From: a virus
Taxonomy: Duplodnaviria; Caudoviricetes
Reading direction: 5' to 3' (one strand)
DNA length: 64,000 nt
Virus record (IMG/VR): IMGVR_UViG_3300001528_000534
Coordinates: 32,001-96,000 of that record
This document shows positions 19,678-32,400 of the stretch, one piece after another. Every line of letters starts with the position of its first letter. Positions within the stretch are counted from its first letter, which is position 1. A program made the position numbers and the translations under genes. Below the pieces are notes generated by a model. That model was not told where the DNA came from, made no database searches, and saw nothing but the letters and a program-made list of their open reading frames with translations.

Positions 19678-21027
19678 TTGCCAATACAATATGCAAGAAC
19701 CATTAATAGTCCAGAATTTATTAATTTAAAGCCTCTTGATATTAATCCTTTTATGTCTGCCTGTGAAATTAAAGTTTTATATGTAGGCAAGAATAGAAAT
19801 TAGAGCTTAATTTCTAAAGAGGTAGCAGAAGAAATGGCTAAAACTTTAAGAGGCGCTCCTATTGTAGGATATTATAAAGAAGAAGTAGGAGATTTTCGTG
19901 ACCATGGAGATTTAATTACTATAGATGGCGATTCAATTAGTTTTGCTTGTCAAACTAAGCCTTATGGTTTTGTATCTCCTGATTCTAAAGTATGGTTTCA
20001 AGATTTTATAGAAACTGATGAAGACGGAACGGAAGCTTAGAGAACTTATCTTATGACTACAGGTTATCTTTGGACAGGACAATTTGAAGAATGTAAATCT
20101 GCTATAGCAGAAGGAAGACCTTAGTCTATGGAATTAGACAACGACACGTTATAGGGTCAATGGACAAAGTTGGCAAATGAGAAAATAGAATTTTTTATTG
20201 TAGATGACGCAATATTTTCAAAATTATGTATTTTAGGAAAAGATGTAGAACCTTGCTTTGAAGGTGCTATGGTTACTGGACAGACAACTCAATTTTCTAA
20301 AAATTCAAATTTTGGAGCAACTTTATATACAATGATGAATGAACTTAAAGAAGTTTTAAAAGGAGGACAATCTAAGATGGATACAGAGAAGCTTTCCCCT
20401 GAGTTTAAAAAGCAAACAGATGAAGAGCCAGAAAAGGAAGCTCCTGCTAAGGATAGCGGAGAAGCAGAGAAAGACGACAAGAAGAAGAAATTTACTGAAT
20501 CTGGTTCACAAGCAGAGTCAGAAGATGATAAAGACAGTAATAAAGGCTCTTCTGATGATTCTAAGGATGATAAGAAGCAAGAAGATTCTAATAAAGAAAA
20601 TAAAAATAAAGATGATGACGATAAGAGCAAGAAAAAGGATTATGCTTTGTTAGAAACTTAGTTTACAGCTTTGAAGCAACAAATGGAAGCTTTACAAAAA
20701 GCAAATGAAGAATTACTTGCTTTTAAGAAGTAGGCGGAGACAGCAAAGAAAGATGAGATGATTGCTTCTTTCTATATGCTTTCAGATGCTGATAAAGAAG
20801 ACGTTATTAAGAATAAAGATAAGTATTCTTTGGACGATATTGAATCAAAACTTTCTGTTATTTGTGTAAGAAAAAAGGTCAACTTTAATTTAGACGATTC
20901 AACAGAAAATGATAATAAAGTAGAGAATGAAAATAGTTCTATTACTACTTATAATTTAAATGATGCGGCTGATTCTACTACACCAGAATGGATTAAGGCA
21001 TTGAGACGCACTGCCGCATTAGACTAA
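19678..21027 (+). CDS. prohead protease/scaffold protein (TAG=Gln)
   Basis: DFRDHG, GRP(TAG)SMEL and LCILG...VEPCFEGA motifs, followed by a charged low-complexity/coiled-coil region. Three track fragments in one frame. Confidence 0.75.
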
Positions 21028-21044
21028 GAGGAGGAATAAAATAG

Positions 21045-21650
21045 ATGGCTAATTTTACAAGAAATGGCTATGGACAGGTAGAGCCTAACCAGTTATCTGG
21101 AATTAAAACAGGCTAGATTTTTGCAAGTTTGCCTCTTGCTAAAGATGTAAATTTACTCCAACAAGGAGAATTTATGTATTATGATTATGCGGCAGGTTTT
21201 GTTTCCGCAGAGGATAGTAAATCAACAGGTCTTGAGCCTTATATGGTATATCAAGAAATTAAGATTTATGAGCCTTGGTTATCTTATAAAGATTTTGCAA
21301 TGATTCGTGTTGGAGATAACTATGTTACTCATAGACCTTTCACAGGTTCTTATGGAGATGGCGCTCTAACAAAAGGAGCAGAACTTCCTCTTCATACAGA
21401 ATATGGTTATAGAATGGATGGCATCGCGCCCAGAATGTTAAAGACAAATGTTGGTGATATTTGGACTACTAACATGGTTAAAGAAGGCGTAGAATATGCA
21501 AAAGGTGACATTCTTAAATTGAAGAAGACTGATAGAAATACACTTGAATTTGATAAAACAGGTGATATTGAAACTATTCAGGTTGTAGTTGCTAAGGTTT
21601 ATACAATGCCTGATGGTCAGCCCGGTCTTAAAGTTCAAAGAGTAAAGTAA
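21045..21650 (+). CDS. putative capsid decoration/minor head protein
   Basis: Lies between the protease and MCP, strong RBS, one TAG. Confidence 0.55.
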
Positions 21651-21672
21651 TAGGAAAGGAGAGTAAATAATT

Positions 21673-22713
21673 ATGGCATTAGAATTTTCACAGCTAATTC
21701 AAATGGGTAAAGCCCTTGCTAAGGCTTCTCCTGACGCTCCTGTTGCTTATTCTTATAAGGGAGAGAACTTTAATTATAATTAGCTAGATACAACTTTTAG
21801 AAATGAATTACAAGCTTATGCAGGAACTTACGCTCTTTATAGAGAAAATAAGAACAAGATGTTTGCTTTAATTGAAGCTATTATCAATGATGTTCTTCCT
21901 AAGAGAGTTCTTGAAATGTATGGTCAATTTGCAGAAGTTAAGACTTTTGCTCAGGGTGACAAGCCTATCTTTACACAGAAGATTACTCAAGCTTCCAAGA
22001 GACGTGCAAAGCAGTTTATTGGTAAGGTAGGACTTGCAGGTTTGTATGAAGTATTCAAGCTTGACAGTCAGTCTTATGAGGTTACTACTAATGCAATCGG
22101 CGGCGCTGCTCAGATTGGTTGGGAAGAATACCTTGATAAGAGAGTAGATTTTGCTGATGTTTTAGATATAATTCTTGAAGGTCTTGATGAATGTATTTAT
22201 GTTGAGATTGAAAAGCAATTAATTGGCGCAGTTAGCAATGTTCAAACTGCTAACAAGACATCTCAGGCAAGTTTCTCAGAAGCAGAAATGGATAAGCTTT
22301 TAACTATTGCAGATTCTTATGGTGCAAGAGCAGATATTTATTGTACTTTTGAGTTTGCGGCAACCATGATTCCTGCTGAGGGATGGGTTTCCAATGAAAT
22401 GAAAAATGAAAAGTGGAACAATGGCTATCTTGGCAATTATAAAGGTCATAAGGTAATTGTTCTTCCTCAGTCTATGGAAGATGAAACAAATACTACAAAG
22501 GTTATTGACCCCAAGTATGCATGGATTATTCCCTCTGGCGCAACAAAGCCTGTTAAGATTGCTTTTGAAGGTGAAACTATTGTTGATGATTATAAGAATT
22601 ATGACCGTTCAAGAGAAATTTAGGTTTATAAGAAAGTCGGCGTAAGAGCAATCTTTACAAACGATATTTGTGTTTATGAAAACACTTCTCTTAGCAGAGA
22701 AATATCAAAGTAA
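21673..22713 (+). CDS. major capsid protein, 346 aa (TAG at 21781 and 22621)
   Basis: Size, position, high-expression codon bias and downstream terminator. Confidence 0.78.
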
Positions 22714-22724
22714 CTTTTAAATTT

Positions 22725-22761
22725 AATAAGGAGATTATAAAGATATAATCTCCTTATTTTT
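22725..22761 (+). terminator. intrinsic terminator after MCP
   Basis: AATAAGGAGATTATA...TATAATCTCCTTATT followed by a T-run. Confidence 0.8.
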
Positions 22762-22792
22762 ATTATATTGGAGAAAAAAGGAGTAAATAATA

Positions 22793-23356
22793 ATGTTAGA
22801 AAAAATTACAAAAGAAAATTTAGTAGAAGTTACCAATCGTAATAACGGCACAACAGGTTATACTCTTTCTAATGGATTACATAGAAATTTTAATATTGGA
22901 GAAACTAAAAAAATCAGTATGGATGAGCTTAATGAATTAAATGTTACTCCGGGCGGAGAATATTTACTTCGGAATTATTTGATAATTAAGGATAAAGCGG
23001 CTTTAGATTTCTTAAATATGGACCCTGAGCCTGAATATTATTATACAGAAGATAAGGTTCGTCAGCTACTCTTAGAGGGGTCGGTAGAATAGTTAGAAGA
23101 CTGCCTAAATTTTGCTCCTCAAGGAGTAATTGATTTGGTTAAGTCAGTAGCTGTTAAATTAGAAATTCCTGATGTAAGAAAGAGAGATTTAATTACAGAA
23201 AAAACAGGCTTTAATGTTGGAAATGCTATTTATGTAAATAAAGTTTTAGAAGAAGAACCGGTTAAGGAAAATTCTAAGGCTCCCGCAAGAAAAGCAGCTC
23301 CGCTAGAAACTAAACAAGAAAAGCCTTCTAAATATAATATTGTAAAAGAAGGATAA
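22793..23356 (+). CDS. hypothetical virion-module protein (two track ORFs joined through a TAG)
   Basis: Both fragments in the same frame, RBS present. Confidence 0.7.
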
Positions 23357-23371
23357 GAAGGAGGAATTTAA

Positions 23372-23842
23372 ATGGGAACTTATTTTAAACCCATCTATGA
23401 TTCTTTCTTGTCTAAAATTACTGATGATATGTATATGGAGTTAACGAAAGAAGAGACAGAAGAAATGCTTCAAGAACTTCTTCTTTCGGCGATTCCGCAT
23501 TTTGAATTTCCAAGGGTAGGAATGGAATTTACGCAAGATGATTTAGGAGAGTATTATTTTATTTCTGATTTTACTTTTGAAGAAGTTAACATTTTAGCTA
23601 CATATATGATAGTAGAATGGATAGGACAGCAGTTAGCTTCTGTTGAGAACACTAGAATGAAATATAGCGGTTCAGATTTTAAATTTACTTCTCAAGCGAA
23701 TCATATGTAGAAATTATTATAGATAAAGAAAGATTATGATAGAGAAGGTTTCCATCTTTAGAGATTATATAAACGCAGAAAATTAGATAAAGATGGCGTT
23801 TATCGCTCTACAATGTCTTCAATAATGGAGGCAAAAGAATGA
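23372..23842 (+). CDS. putative head-tail adaptor (TAG=Gln)
   Basis: Position and size. The frame continues through TAGs to a TGA overlapping the next ATG. Confidence 0.55.
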
Positions 23843-24156
23843 AAATAAAACAAGATATTTATATAAATAATAATATTGCTCATTTTAATTTTTCTCGTCT
23901 TATTAATCAAATTTATAAATTGTTACCTATGAGAGAAGAAAATTTGGATTGGCAAAAACCTTTAGAAACACTTTTAGAAGAACTTTATGGTCTTTTTAGA
24001 GTAGTAGAAGAAATACCTCCACAATTTTTACCTTTAATTTGTAAGTTAGAAGGTCTTTTTGCTTTAACTGAGCAAAAAGATTTTTCTTTATATAGAAGAA
24101 CTATTTTTGAGTGTTTGGGCTTAATGGAAGAGGTGAGTAAGAGTGTCATCTCTTGA
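23839..24156 (+). CDS. hypothetical neck-region protein
   Basis: ATGA overlap with the upstream gene. Confidence 0.65.
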   Translation: MKIKQDIYINNNIAHFNFSRLINQIYKLLPMREENLDWQKPLETLLEELYGLFRVVEEIPPQFLPLICKLEGLFALTEQKDFSLYRRTIFECLGLMEEVSKSVIS

Positions 24157-25123
24157 TAATTTACGTAATAGATTATTTTATAGTGGCGGTTCTCCAAGGA
24201 AGAGAATGGAGAATGATAAGTTGAAGACTTTAAAAAAATCTATTCTCTATTCTTATTAGTCAGCCACTATAACACTTTTAGATAGAAATACTTTTAAGTT
24301 TAATAAAGCTTTTAAATGTTTAATTAATCCAGATAAACTTAAAAATAACTATGATAATAAAATTTTGTCAATTCCTTATGAAGCCTTACAAGTAGGAGAA
24401 GAACAAACTTCTAATACTTTAGAGGGAGAAATTCCAACTGAAATTCAAGCTGGAGATGTTTTTTATTGGGAAGAGACTAATTCATATTGGATTGTTTATT
24501 TATAGGACAAGGAAGAAACTGCTTATTTTAGAGGCGAAATCCGCAGATGTGATAAAGAAGTCACTATTAATGATAAGACTTATAAAATTTTCTTTAGAGG
24601 ACCTGTAGAAACTGCTATTAACTGGAATTTGAAAGATTCTATTACTTATAATACTCTAAATTATTCTGGAGTAGTTTATATTACTAAAGATGAAAATACT
24701 TTAGATTATTTTCATAGATTCTCTAAAATTAAAATAGATAATAAGCCTTGGATAACAAAAGTAGTAAATTCAAGCAGCGGAGAAGGTATTATTGAGCTAC
24801 AAATAAAAGAAGATTATGAGAATGAATTAGAAGATAAGAGATTAGAGAAAGAAAAATCTTATAAAGAACCTACTTTTAATTAGGATGAGCCGCATATTGA
24901 AGGAAAAACCAAATTATTTCCTTTTGACATTGCGTACTATTAGATTGTAAATTTATCAGGCGGGACTTGGCAAATTTCTAATGAGAAAGCAAAGATTATT
25001 GAAGAGTATAATGATATGATAGCTCTTGAAATAATTTCTGGTAAATCAGGCTCTTTTACTTTAAATTATATAATAGAGAATGAAATTAAAGTTTCGCTTC
25101 CTATTTAGATTATGGCGTTATAA
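24143..25123 (+). CDS. putative head-closure/neck protein (TAG=Gln)
   Basis: GTG start, one frame containing track ORF 24629-24883. Confidence 0.55.
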
Positions 25124-25137
25124 GGAGTTTCATAAAG

Positions 25138-25731
25138 ATGAAAAAGGATTTAGTAAATAAACTTCAATCTTCATTTTTTTCATATGAAAAGAATATTGAA
25201 TTGATTTTAAAAAAATTATTCATTGACAATAGAAAATATGCTAATACTTTAAAAAAATTATTGGTTATTAATGCAAGAGACTGTTTGGATAATGATTCAA
25301 AGGAATATAATGATATTATTAACGAATATAATTTAGCGAGATTAAAAGAAGAAGAATATATAAGATTAACACCTAAGTTAACTTTTGGAGAACACGAAAA
25401 AGTTAAAACTTATATAATTATTTCTGTAAATAATATTTTACCTAATGCTACAAATCCTCAATATAGGGATTGTACTATTACTTTTGATATTTTGTGCCAT
25501 ACAGACTGTTCTGATTTAGGAAATTATAGATTAAGACCTTTATAGATTTGTGGCTATATTGATGGTATTTTAAATAATACTAAATTAGAAGGTATTGGCG
25601 TATTAAATTATTTAGGTGCTACTGCTTTGTTATTAGACAATGAAATTTCAGGATATTCTTTAATGTATAGAGCAGTTTATAGCGGTGAGGATATTAAAGA
25701 TGAAACCGAATAGATTACAGCTAATGACTAA
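25138..25731 (+). CDS. putative tail terminator/completion protein (TAG=Gln)
   Basis: Position before the tail tube gene. The frame continues past TAG 25543. Confidence 0.5.
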
Positions 25732-26473
25732 GGACGATATTCCTTTTCCTGAAGGTGGTTTAATAATCACTTAGCCTTCTATAAAAGATATAGGATATAT
25801 AGGAGAAGAAAATTTTTATAGGGGCTGTAGTTTTTTAACTATTTCAGAAAAATAGGACAAGAATGATTTAGATAAAATGACAAATTTTGAAATACTTATG
25901 ACAACGATGAATACAAAAAAGAATCTTGAAACTTAGTAGATTAAAATTCAAACTCTAATGGTTCTTTCTTTATTATTTCCAAATTATCGAATATCTTGTG
26001 CAAAAGATAAGATATTATTTTAGGATGCGGAAAATGATAAGACAGGAGAAATTAATTAGAAAAATTTCATTAGCTTTCAAGAAATAGTAAAAACAATGTT
26101 CTTGTTTAATGATGATTCTGATGGAACTAATTATAAACCTATTGGACCTTTAGGAGAAAAGATTGCCGCACAGTTAGAAAAAAGAAAAAAAATTCTTGCG
26201 AAAATTAAAAATGGTAATATAGAAAAAGAAATTAATATTCTAAGTAGTCAAGTATCAAATATTGCTCTTGGATGTCATTTGGATATTAATACTGTTATAC
26301 AATATAGTGTATATTAGCTAAATGATTAGTATATGAGACTTTTGGCGCATGAAAATTACGAAAGTTATGTAAGAAGTCGATTAGCAGGAGCAAAAGATAT
26401 TCCAGAAGTTGAATATTGGATGAAAGATTTGTATGATAAATCTTCCAAAGATAAAGACCAATATAAAAATTAA
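25700..26473 (+). CDS. hypothetical tail-module protein (TAG=Gln)
   Basis: One frame including track ORF 26096-26317. Confidence 0.6.
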
Positions 26474-26496
26474 TTTATTAAGGAGGAAAATGCAAT

Positions 26497-27666
26497 ATGC
26501 GTTTTGGTTCAAGAGAAATTTGCAATGTAGTATTTAGAGCTAAAGCTGCTCAAAGAATTGGTAATATGACTTTCCAAAAAGGTCAGCCTGTACTATACAT
26601 TGACTCTGCGAAGACCTCAACAGTTGAAGGTGCAGCTACTTCTGTTTATGCAACAGGTGGTAGAGGTAACTCAAGACTTATTGCGTGGGAAGGTGAAAAG
26701 ACTTTAACTTTCACAGTAGAAGATGCTTTACTTTCTCCTGTAAGTTTTGCAATGCTATCTGGTGCTGGTCTTATTAAAGGTAAGGAAGAAGAAAAGGTAC
26801 ACGTACATATGACTTCTTATGTACAAATAGATACTGCAGAAATTGACCTTACTGATGCTTTAGGCGTTAATGATACTATTTGTGCAAGCGCGCCTATCTT
26901 TGTTATTGTAACAGAAGAAGATGGCTCTATTACAGGTAATTTAATCGAAGTTAAGGCGGATACTAGCGGTAAGAAATTACTTCCCGCGAAGGATGCTACA
27001 TTTGATGAAGCTTATATCGGAAGAACTGTTATGGTTGACTATTATGTCATCAAGGATTCTGCTAATGTATCTGAACTTCAAATTGATGCAGAGAATTTCG
27101 CAGGATACTACTATGTAGAAGCAGATACTCTATTTAGACGTCAGGATGGTTCAGGAGATATGCCTGCAAACTTTACGCTTCCTAACGTAAAGATTCAGTC
27201 TAACTTTACATTCTCTATGGCATCTAGCGGCGACCCTAGTACCTTTACATTTACAATGGATGCTTTCCCCGGCTATACATACTTTAATAAAGCTAAGAAA
27301 GTTCTTTGTGTAATTCAGATTATTGAAGATTCTGAGGCTAGTGAAGCAGAAGCTAAGTCAGTAATGTCTCATTCTGATAGTGAAACTGTTGATGAATCAG
27401 CAGAGGATTCCACTCCTCTTGCAGAGTATGATATGAGTTCGGTTAAGTGGCCGACTCCCGCGACAAAGTCTCATACAGGTTCAGAAATTACTTATGAATT
27501 AGAAGGCTTGCCAGAGGGTGTAACTGCTGTTTATAGCGGTAATAAGGCAACAGAAACAGGTACTTATACAGTTGTTGTTGAGTCATTAAAGTATGATGCA
27601 AAAACACACAAGAAGCCTGAACTTCCTAAGGGAGTAACAAAGTCTAAGATTTGGACAATTGAGTAA
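26497..27666 (+). CDS. major tail tube protein with C-terminal Ig-like extension
   Basis: Strong RBS and codon bias, ATGGRGN and GDPSTFTFTMD motifs, C-terminal GLPEGVTAVY repeat-type domain, terminator 27680-27721. Confidence 0.7.
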   Translation: MRFGSREICNVVFRAKAAQRIGNMTFQKGQPVLYIDSAKTSTVEGAATSVYATGGRGNSRLIAWEGEKTLTFTVEDALLSPVSFAMLSGAGLIKGKEEEKVHVHMTSYVQIDTAEIDLTDALGVNDTICASAPIFVIVTEEDGSITGNLIEVKADTSGKKLLPAKDATFDEAYIGRTVMVDYYVIKDSANVSELQIDAENFAGYYYVEADTLFRRQDGSGDMPANFTLPNVKIQSNFTFSMASSGDPSTFTFTMDAFPGYTYFNKAKKVLCVIQIIEDSEASEAEAKSVMSHSDSETVDESAEDSTPLAEYDMSSVKWPTPATKSHTGSEITYELEGLPEGVTAVYSGNKATETGTYTVVVESLKYDAKTHKKPELPKGVTKSKIWTIE

Positions 27667-27744
27667 TAATATGTAATTAAAAGAGGGAATTATCAAATAT
27701 TTGATAATTCCCTCTTTTTTTGTTTTATAAGGAGGAAAGAATAA

Positions 27745-29067
27745 TTGAAAAATGATTTAGTAGATATTAAGATTATTAATTAGACAAAAGAGTAGAAGAA
27801 CTTATTTGAGAGAGAAACTTAGGAAGTAGAGACTAAAATAATAGCGGATATACAAAAAACGTTGACTGGAGTAGCTTCTGAAGACGCAGAAGAAGCTACG
27901 AAAAAAGATTCTGCTATTGAACCTCTTTTAAAATCAGCAACATCTTTAATAGGTTATACCTAGAAAAATAACAAACTTTTAAAGGATTATAATTTTTTTG
28001 AATCTTCTGAAATGCCAAAGAATTTTCTCGAAGATAAAAATTTAACTACCGATGCAAGAATGTTAGCATGGAAAATGACAGAAGTAGTTAATAAAAGATA
28101 TAATGCTATCTCTAAGAAGACAAAATAGAAAATATCAAGAGATACTTTCATTAAATTAGCTGAAAAATTTAAAATTGAGTTAGATAAATTTTTAGAGAGG
28201 GTTACTTATTTAACAATTGTTGATAGTAGCACAGGGGACGTTTATGTTTTAGACGAAAAAGCTGAAGTAGAGCTTCTTAAAAGAACTCTCATTGATGAGA
28301 AGAGGAAAAAGATACCTTCTATTGCAGCTATAAAAAAGTATTCTAGTGAAAATAAAAAAAATGAAGAGAGAGTCTCTTCTTTATTTGGTAAATTTGGTAT
28401 AGACTCGACACAAAGACATATTCAAAAAATTTAGCAAGCTTATTAGAATACAAAAGAAAGATTCTTATAGAAAGGCACTAAAATTATTTCTTATTCAGAT
28501 GGAACAAAAGAAGAAGAAAAATGGGAAAATAAAGGAGATTCTAATTGGATTGTTTGGAAGTATTATAGTGGTTAGCATTGTTATAAACAATATAGAGTAA
28601 TTAAAAATTTAGGCGTAATTGCAGAAGGTTATGTGGCAGCTTTATTAGATACAAACTAGCCTTATCTTCGTTATAAAGGAAAAAACCAAGAAATAAAAAC
28701 AGTAAAATTAAGTTGGGAAAATGCCAATCCAGAAGATTGCATAGGTATGTTATATCATACTTATATTTCTTAGGTTGATTCTTTAACGGGAATATTACAA
28801 GAAGATGTTCATTTTAAAGATTCAGATAATAATGACATTTTTTTAGGAGTAAAAACTGCGGGAACCGCATCAACAGGTTCGTATGCTTCTATTGTAGCTT
28901 TAGCAGAAGCTATTGTAATTGCATATAATAAAGGTGAAGGCTTAGGAGAAGAGAATCTGTAGAAAGCTTTAAAAGAAATTATAGAGAAGATTTCCAACAG
29001 AGAGCTTTCTATTGGTAAAGTCTTTTAGAATAAACTATTATAGATTGATGAATTTACATAGATATAA
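27745..29067 (+). CDS. hypothetical protein rich in TAG codons (absent from the track)
   Basis: RBS AAGGAGG and TTG start. The frame appears interrupted only by TAG up to TAA 29065-29067. Confidence 0.6.
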
Positions 29068-29085
29068 TTAAAGTGAGGTATAGAA

Positions 29086-29418
29086 ATGTTTAAAATAAAA
29101 GATATTTTAGATTTACAAGAAATTATTTCTGAGCAAATTTATGATGAGCAATCAGGATATAATAATTTATTAAAAGCAAAAACATTATATGATGTATATT
29201 TTACTGCTTTAGCAGAAGATATGACTATAGATGAAGATATTTATAATTTATATGATAAATGGTCAGAACAAAAATTATTAGAAAAAGCGAAAAAAGAAAA
29301 TTTTAATTTATATATTGAAACATGGCGTCAAATAGTGATATATTTAGAAAAATTAGAAAAGAGAAATATTGCTTTTTTATCTTCTTTAATAAAAGCACAA
29401 AAGGGCGAAAATGATTAA
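29086..29418 (+). CDS. putative tail assembly chaperone
   Basis: Small acidic ORF directly before the tape measure gene. Confidence 0.45.
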   Translation: MFKIKDILDLQEIISEQIYDEQSGYNNLLKAKTLYDVYFTALAEDMTIDEDIYNLYDKWSEQKLLEKAKKENFNLYIETWRQIVIYLEKLEKRNIAFLSSLIKAQKGEND

Positions 29419-29486
29419 TTAAATTACCTCTACCGTTATAAAAAATAGTAGAGGTAATTTTTTATTTTGGGAGGCAAAAGGATATA

Positions 29487-32400
29487 ATGGCAGATATTAA
29501 TAGAAGAATTAATTATGAGATTGGATTTAATATTAATCAATCAAGTTATAGATAGATAGTCCAATCTTTAGAAGAAATTAATAATATTACAACTAATGCT
29601 TATGCAAAAAAGAATAATTTAAGTACATCAGAAGCGCGAAGTGATTTGTAGAAAATCCGCAAAGATGCGAATGCCTTAGAAGAAGCTTTAAGAAAAGCTT
29701 ATAATTAGAAATTAAATACAGTTAATATAAAAGAATTTAATACTCAATTAGAGAAGTCAAATACTAATTTAACTTCTGTTGTTAGTTCTTTAGCAAAATC
29801 TGGCGCGGCAGGACAAAATGCTATTAGAAGTTTAGTTAATCAAACTATGAATGTTAATATGTAGTTAAAAGAAACTTCTAATGTTTTGAATAAAATTGGA
29901 GAAACTCTATCTAATACTTTAAAATGGAATTTAGCATCTGGCGCAATTAATACTTTACAAGGTTCTATTGAGCAAGCTTATGGATATACAAAAAATTTAG
30001 ATAGTTCATTAAATGATATTAGAATCGTTACTGGTAAATCAGCAGATGAAATGGAGCGTTTTGCAGAAAAAGCTAATAAATCTGCGAAAGAGCTAAAAAG
30101 AGGTACTACTGATTATACGAACGCAGCATTAATTTATTATCAACAAGGTTTATCAGATGAAGATGTTGCAGCTAGAACAGATGTTACTTTAAAAACTGCA
30201 AACGTAACTCAATAGAACACAGCAGAAGTATCTGAATAGTTAACTGCTATTTGGAATGGTTATAAAGTATCTGCGGAAGAAGCAGAATTATATATTGATA
30301 AAGTTGCTGCTGTTGCCGCATCAACCGCATCTGACCTTGAAGAATTAGCAACTGGTATGTCTAAAGTAGCATCTGCCGCAAACTTAATGGGTGTAGATAT
30401 TGACCAATTAAATGCTTAGATAGCTACAACAGTATCCGTAACAAGATAGGCTCCTGAGTCTGTTGGTACAGCATATAAGACTATTTATGCGCGTATGTCT
30501 GATATTAAAGCTGGTGCAGATGGAGAAACTTCTTTAGGTAACTATACTGGCAAGATGGCAGAGATGGGCTTTAATGTTTTGGATGAAACAGGATAGCTTA
30601 GAGACATGGGCGAAGTAATTGAAGAAGTAGGTAATAAATGGAAAGACCTTACAAGAGAACAATAGATTGCTTTAGCTTCTGTTATGGCTGGTACAAGACA
30701 GTATAATAATTTACTTTCTTTATTTGACAACTGGGATATGTATTTAGATGCTCTTGAAACTTCCAGAAATGCTGTTGGTACATTATAGGAACAACAAGAT
30801 ATTTATGCAGAATCCACACAAGCTCATTTATAGGAATTAACAACTTCTTTAGAAGGTATTTATGATTCATTAATTAAAGCAGAAGATATAAATTCTGTTG
30901 TTGATGCAATTATACCTCTTGTTGAGGGAATTGAATAGATAATTGATGGTCTAGGCGGTGGAGTAGGGATTTTAGAAGAACTTACTCCTTTAATGTTGCA
31001 AGCTTTTGGACCTCAAATGGCAAAAAGCATAAATTCTATTTATACTAATATTTAGAACTCTATTTCTAATAAAGAATAGATTAAAGCTTTACCAGATACT
31101 GCAAATTAGCTAAGAGGAGCCATAGATAATGTCAACGCTTAGGTAAGCGAAGGACAAAAAGTTTAGGATGCTACTAAATCAATTATTAATTTAACTGAGA
31201 GTTATAATAAATTTGCTCTTGTAATGGATACTAATGATTTTAAAGCTGGGCAAGAAAATATAGGTAAACTTTCAGAAGCTGTAAATCGTTATAATACAGC
31301 TATATAGCAAGCAGAAAAATTATCTAACGAGTTAATAAAAGAAGTTAGTTCTGATACGGCAACTTTTGCAAAATTTTCTTTTGATAAAACTGGTTTCTTA
31401 GGAGCAGATGTAGACGTTTCTGCGAAGGGCTTTGAATCTTTGTCTAGTGATAAATTAGGACAAATGCAAGACCAATTTTCTAAATTAAAAGTACAATTAG
31501 ATGACCTTATTGCAAATCCTAATATAGAAAATTTTAATTCTGTACTAGATAATTTTAATATAAAAATGGAAGGCTCTGTCAATAGTTTGAATCAAGTTTA
31601 GGTTGCAGCTTAGATGCTATCTGATGGACTTCAAGAGACAGAAGACAATTTTACTCTTAACGGAGAAAGTATTGAAGAAGTTACGAATGCTTTAACAGAT
31701 GCTAACCATGAATTGAGAAATGCTTCTAATAACGTAAATGATACTATTGATAAGATGGCGAATGAGCAAGCTTTTTAGGTTATTAATGGTTTAGTAGCAG
31801 GATTAGGTTCTATGGTTAATATTTTTGATAGTTTGCCTAGAGCTATTGAGATTTGGAATGATGATGATTTATCAGTTGGAGAAAAAATAAATAAAGAATT
31901 AGGAATAAGCGTTGCTTTATTTGGTCAATTTGCAAATGTTATTGCGGCAGGAAAAACCATAATGCAAGCATTTTCTGCAGTTCAAGCTAAAGAACAAAAA
32001 GCTACTGCAGGATAGATTGCTGCAAATGTTTTAGAAACGGCATCTGAAAAAGAAAACGCCAAGGCTATGAATGAAAGTGCTTAGGCAGCAGATAATTTAA
32101 AGAAAAAAGAAGTTGCTGAAACAGTAGCAACAGAAGGACAAGCTGTTGCAAATAATGTTAATAAGACAGGTAAAATAATAGCTCAAGGTATGTCTAGCAC
32201 TCTATCTACTATTTCTTCAATGATAAAAACAGCCATGAGTGCAGTTCCTGCTCAAGTAAAAGTAATATTAGTTGTTATTGCAGCAGCAGTAGCTACAATA
32301 ACAACAATATATTCAGAATTTGAAAAAAGGGCGGAAGCTGCGAAGAAGAGAGCAGAGGAAGCTGCTGAGACCGCAAAAGCGCTTGGAGAAGCTTATGAAG

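Noticed and set aside
20289-20653. Ser-rich antisense and alternative-frame ORFs
   Set aside because: Artefacts of the D/K/E low-complexity scaffold segment.
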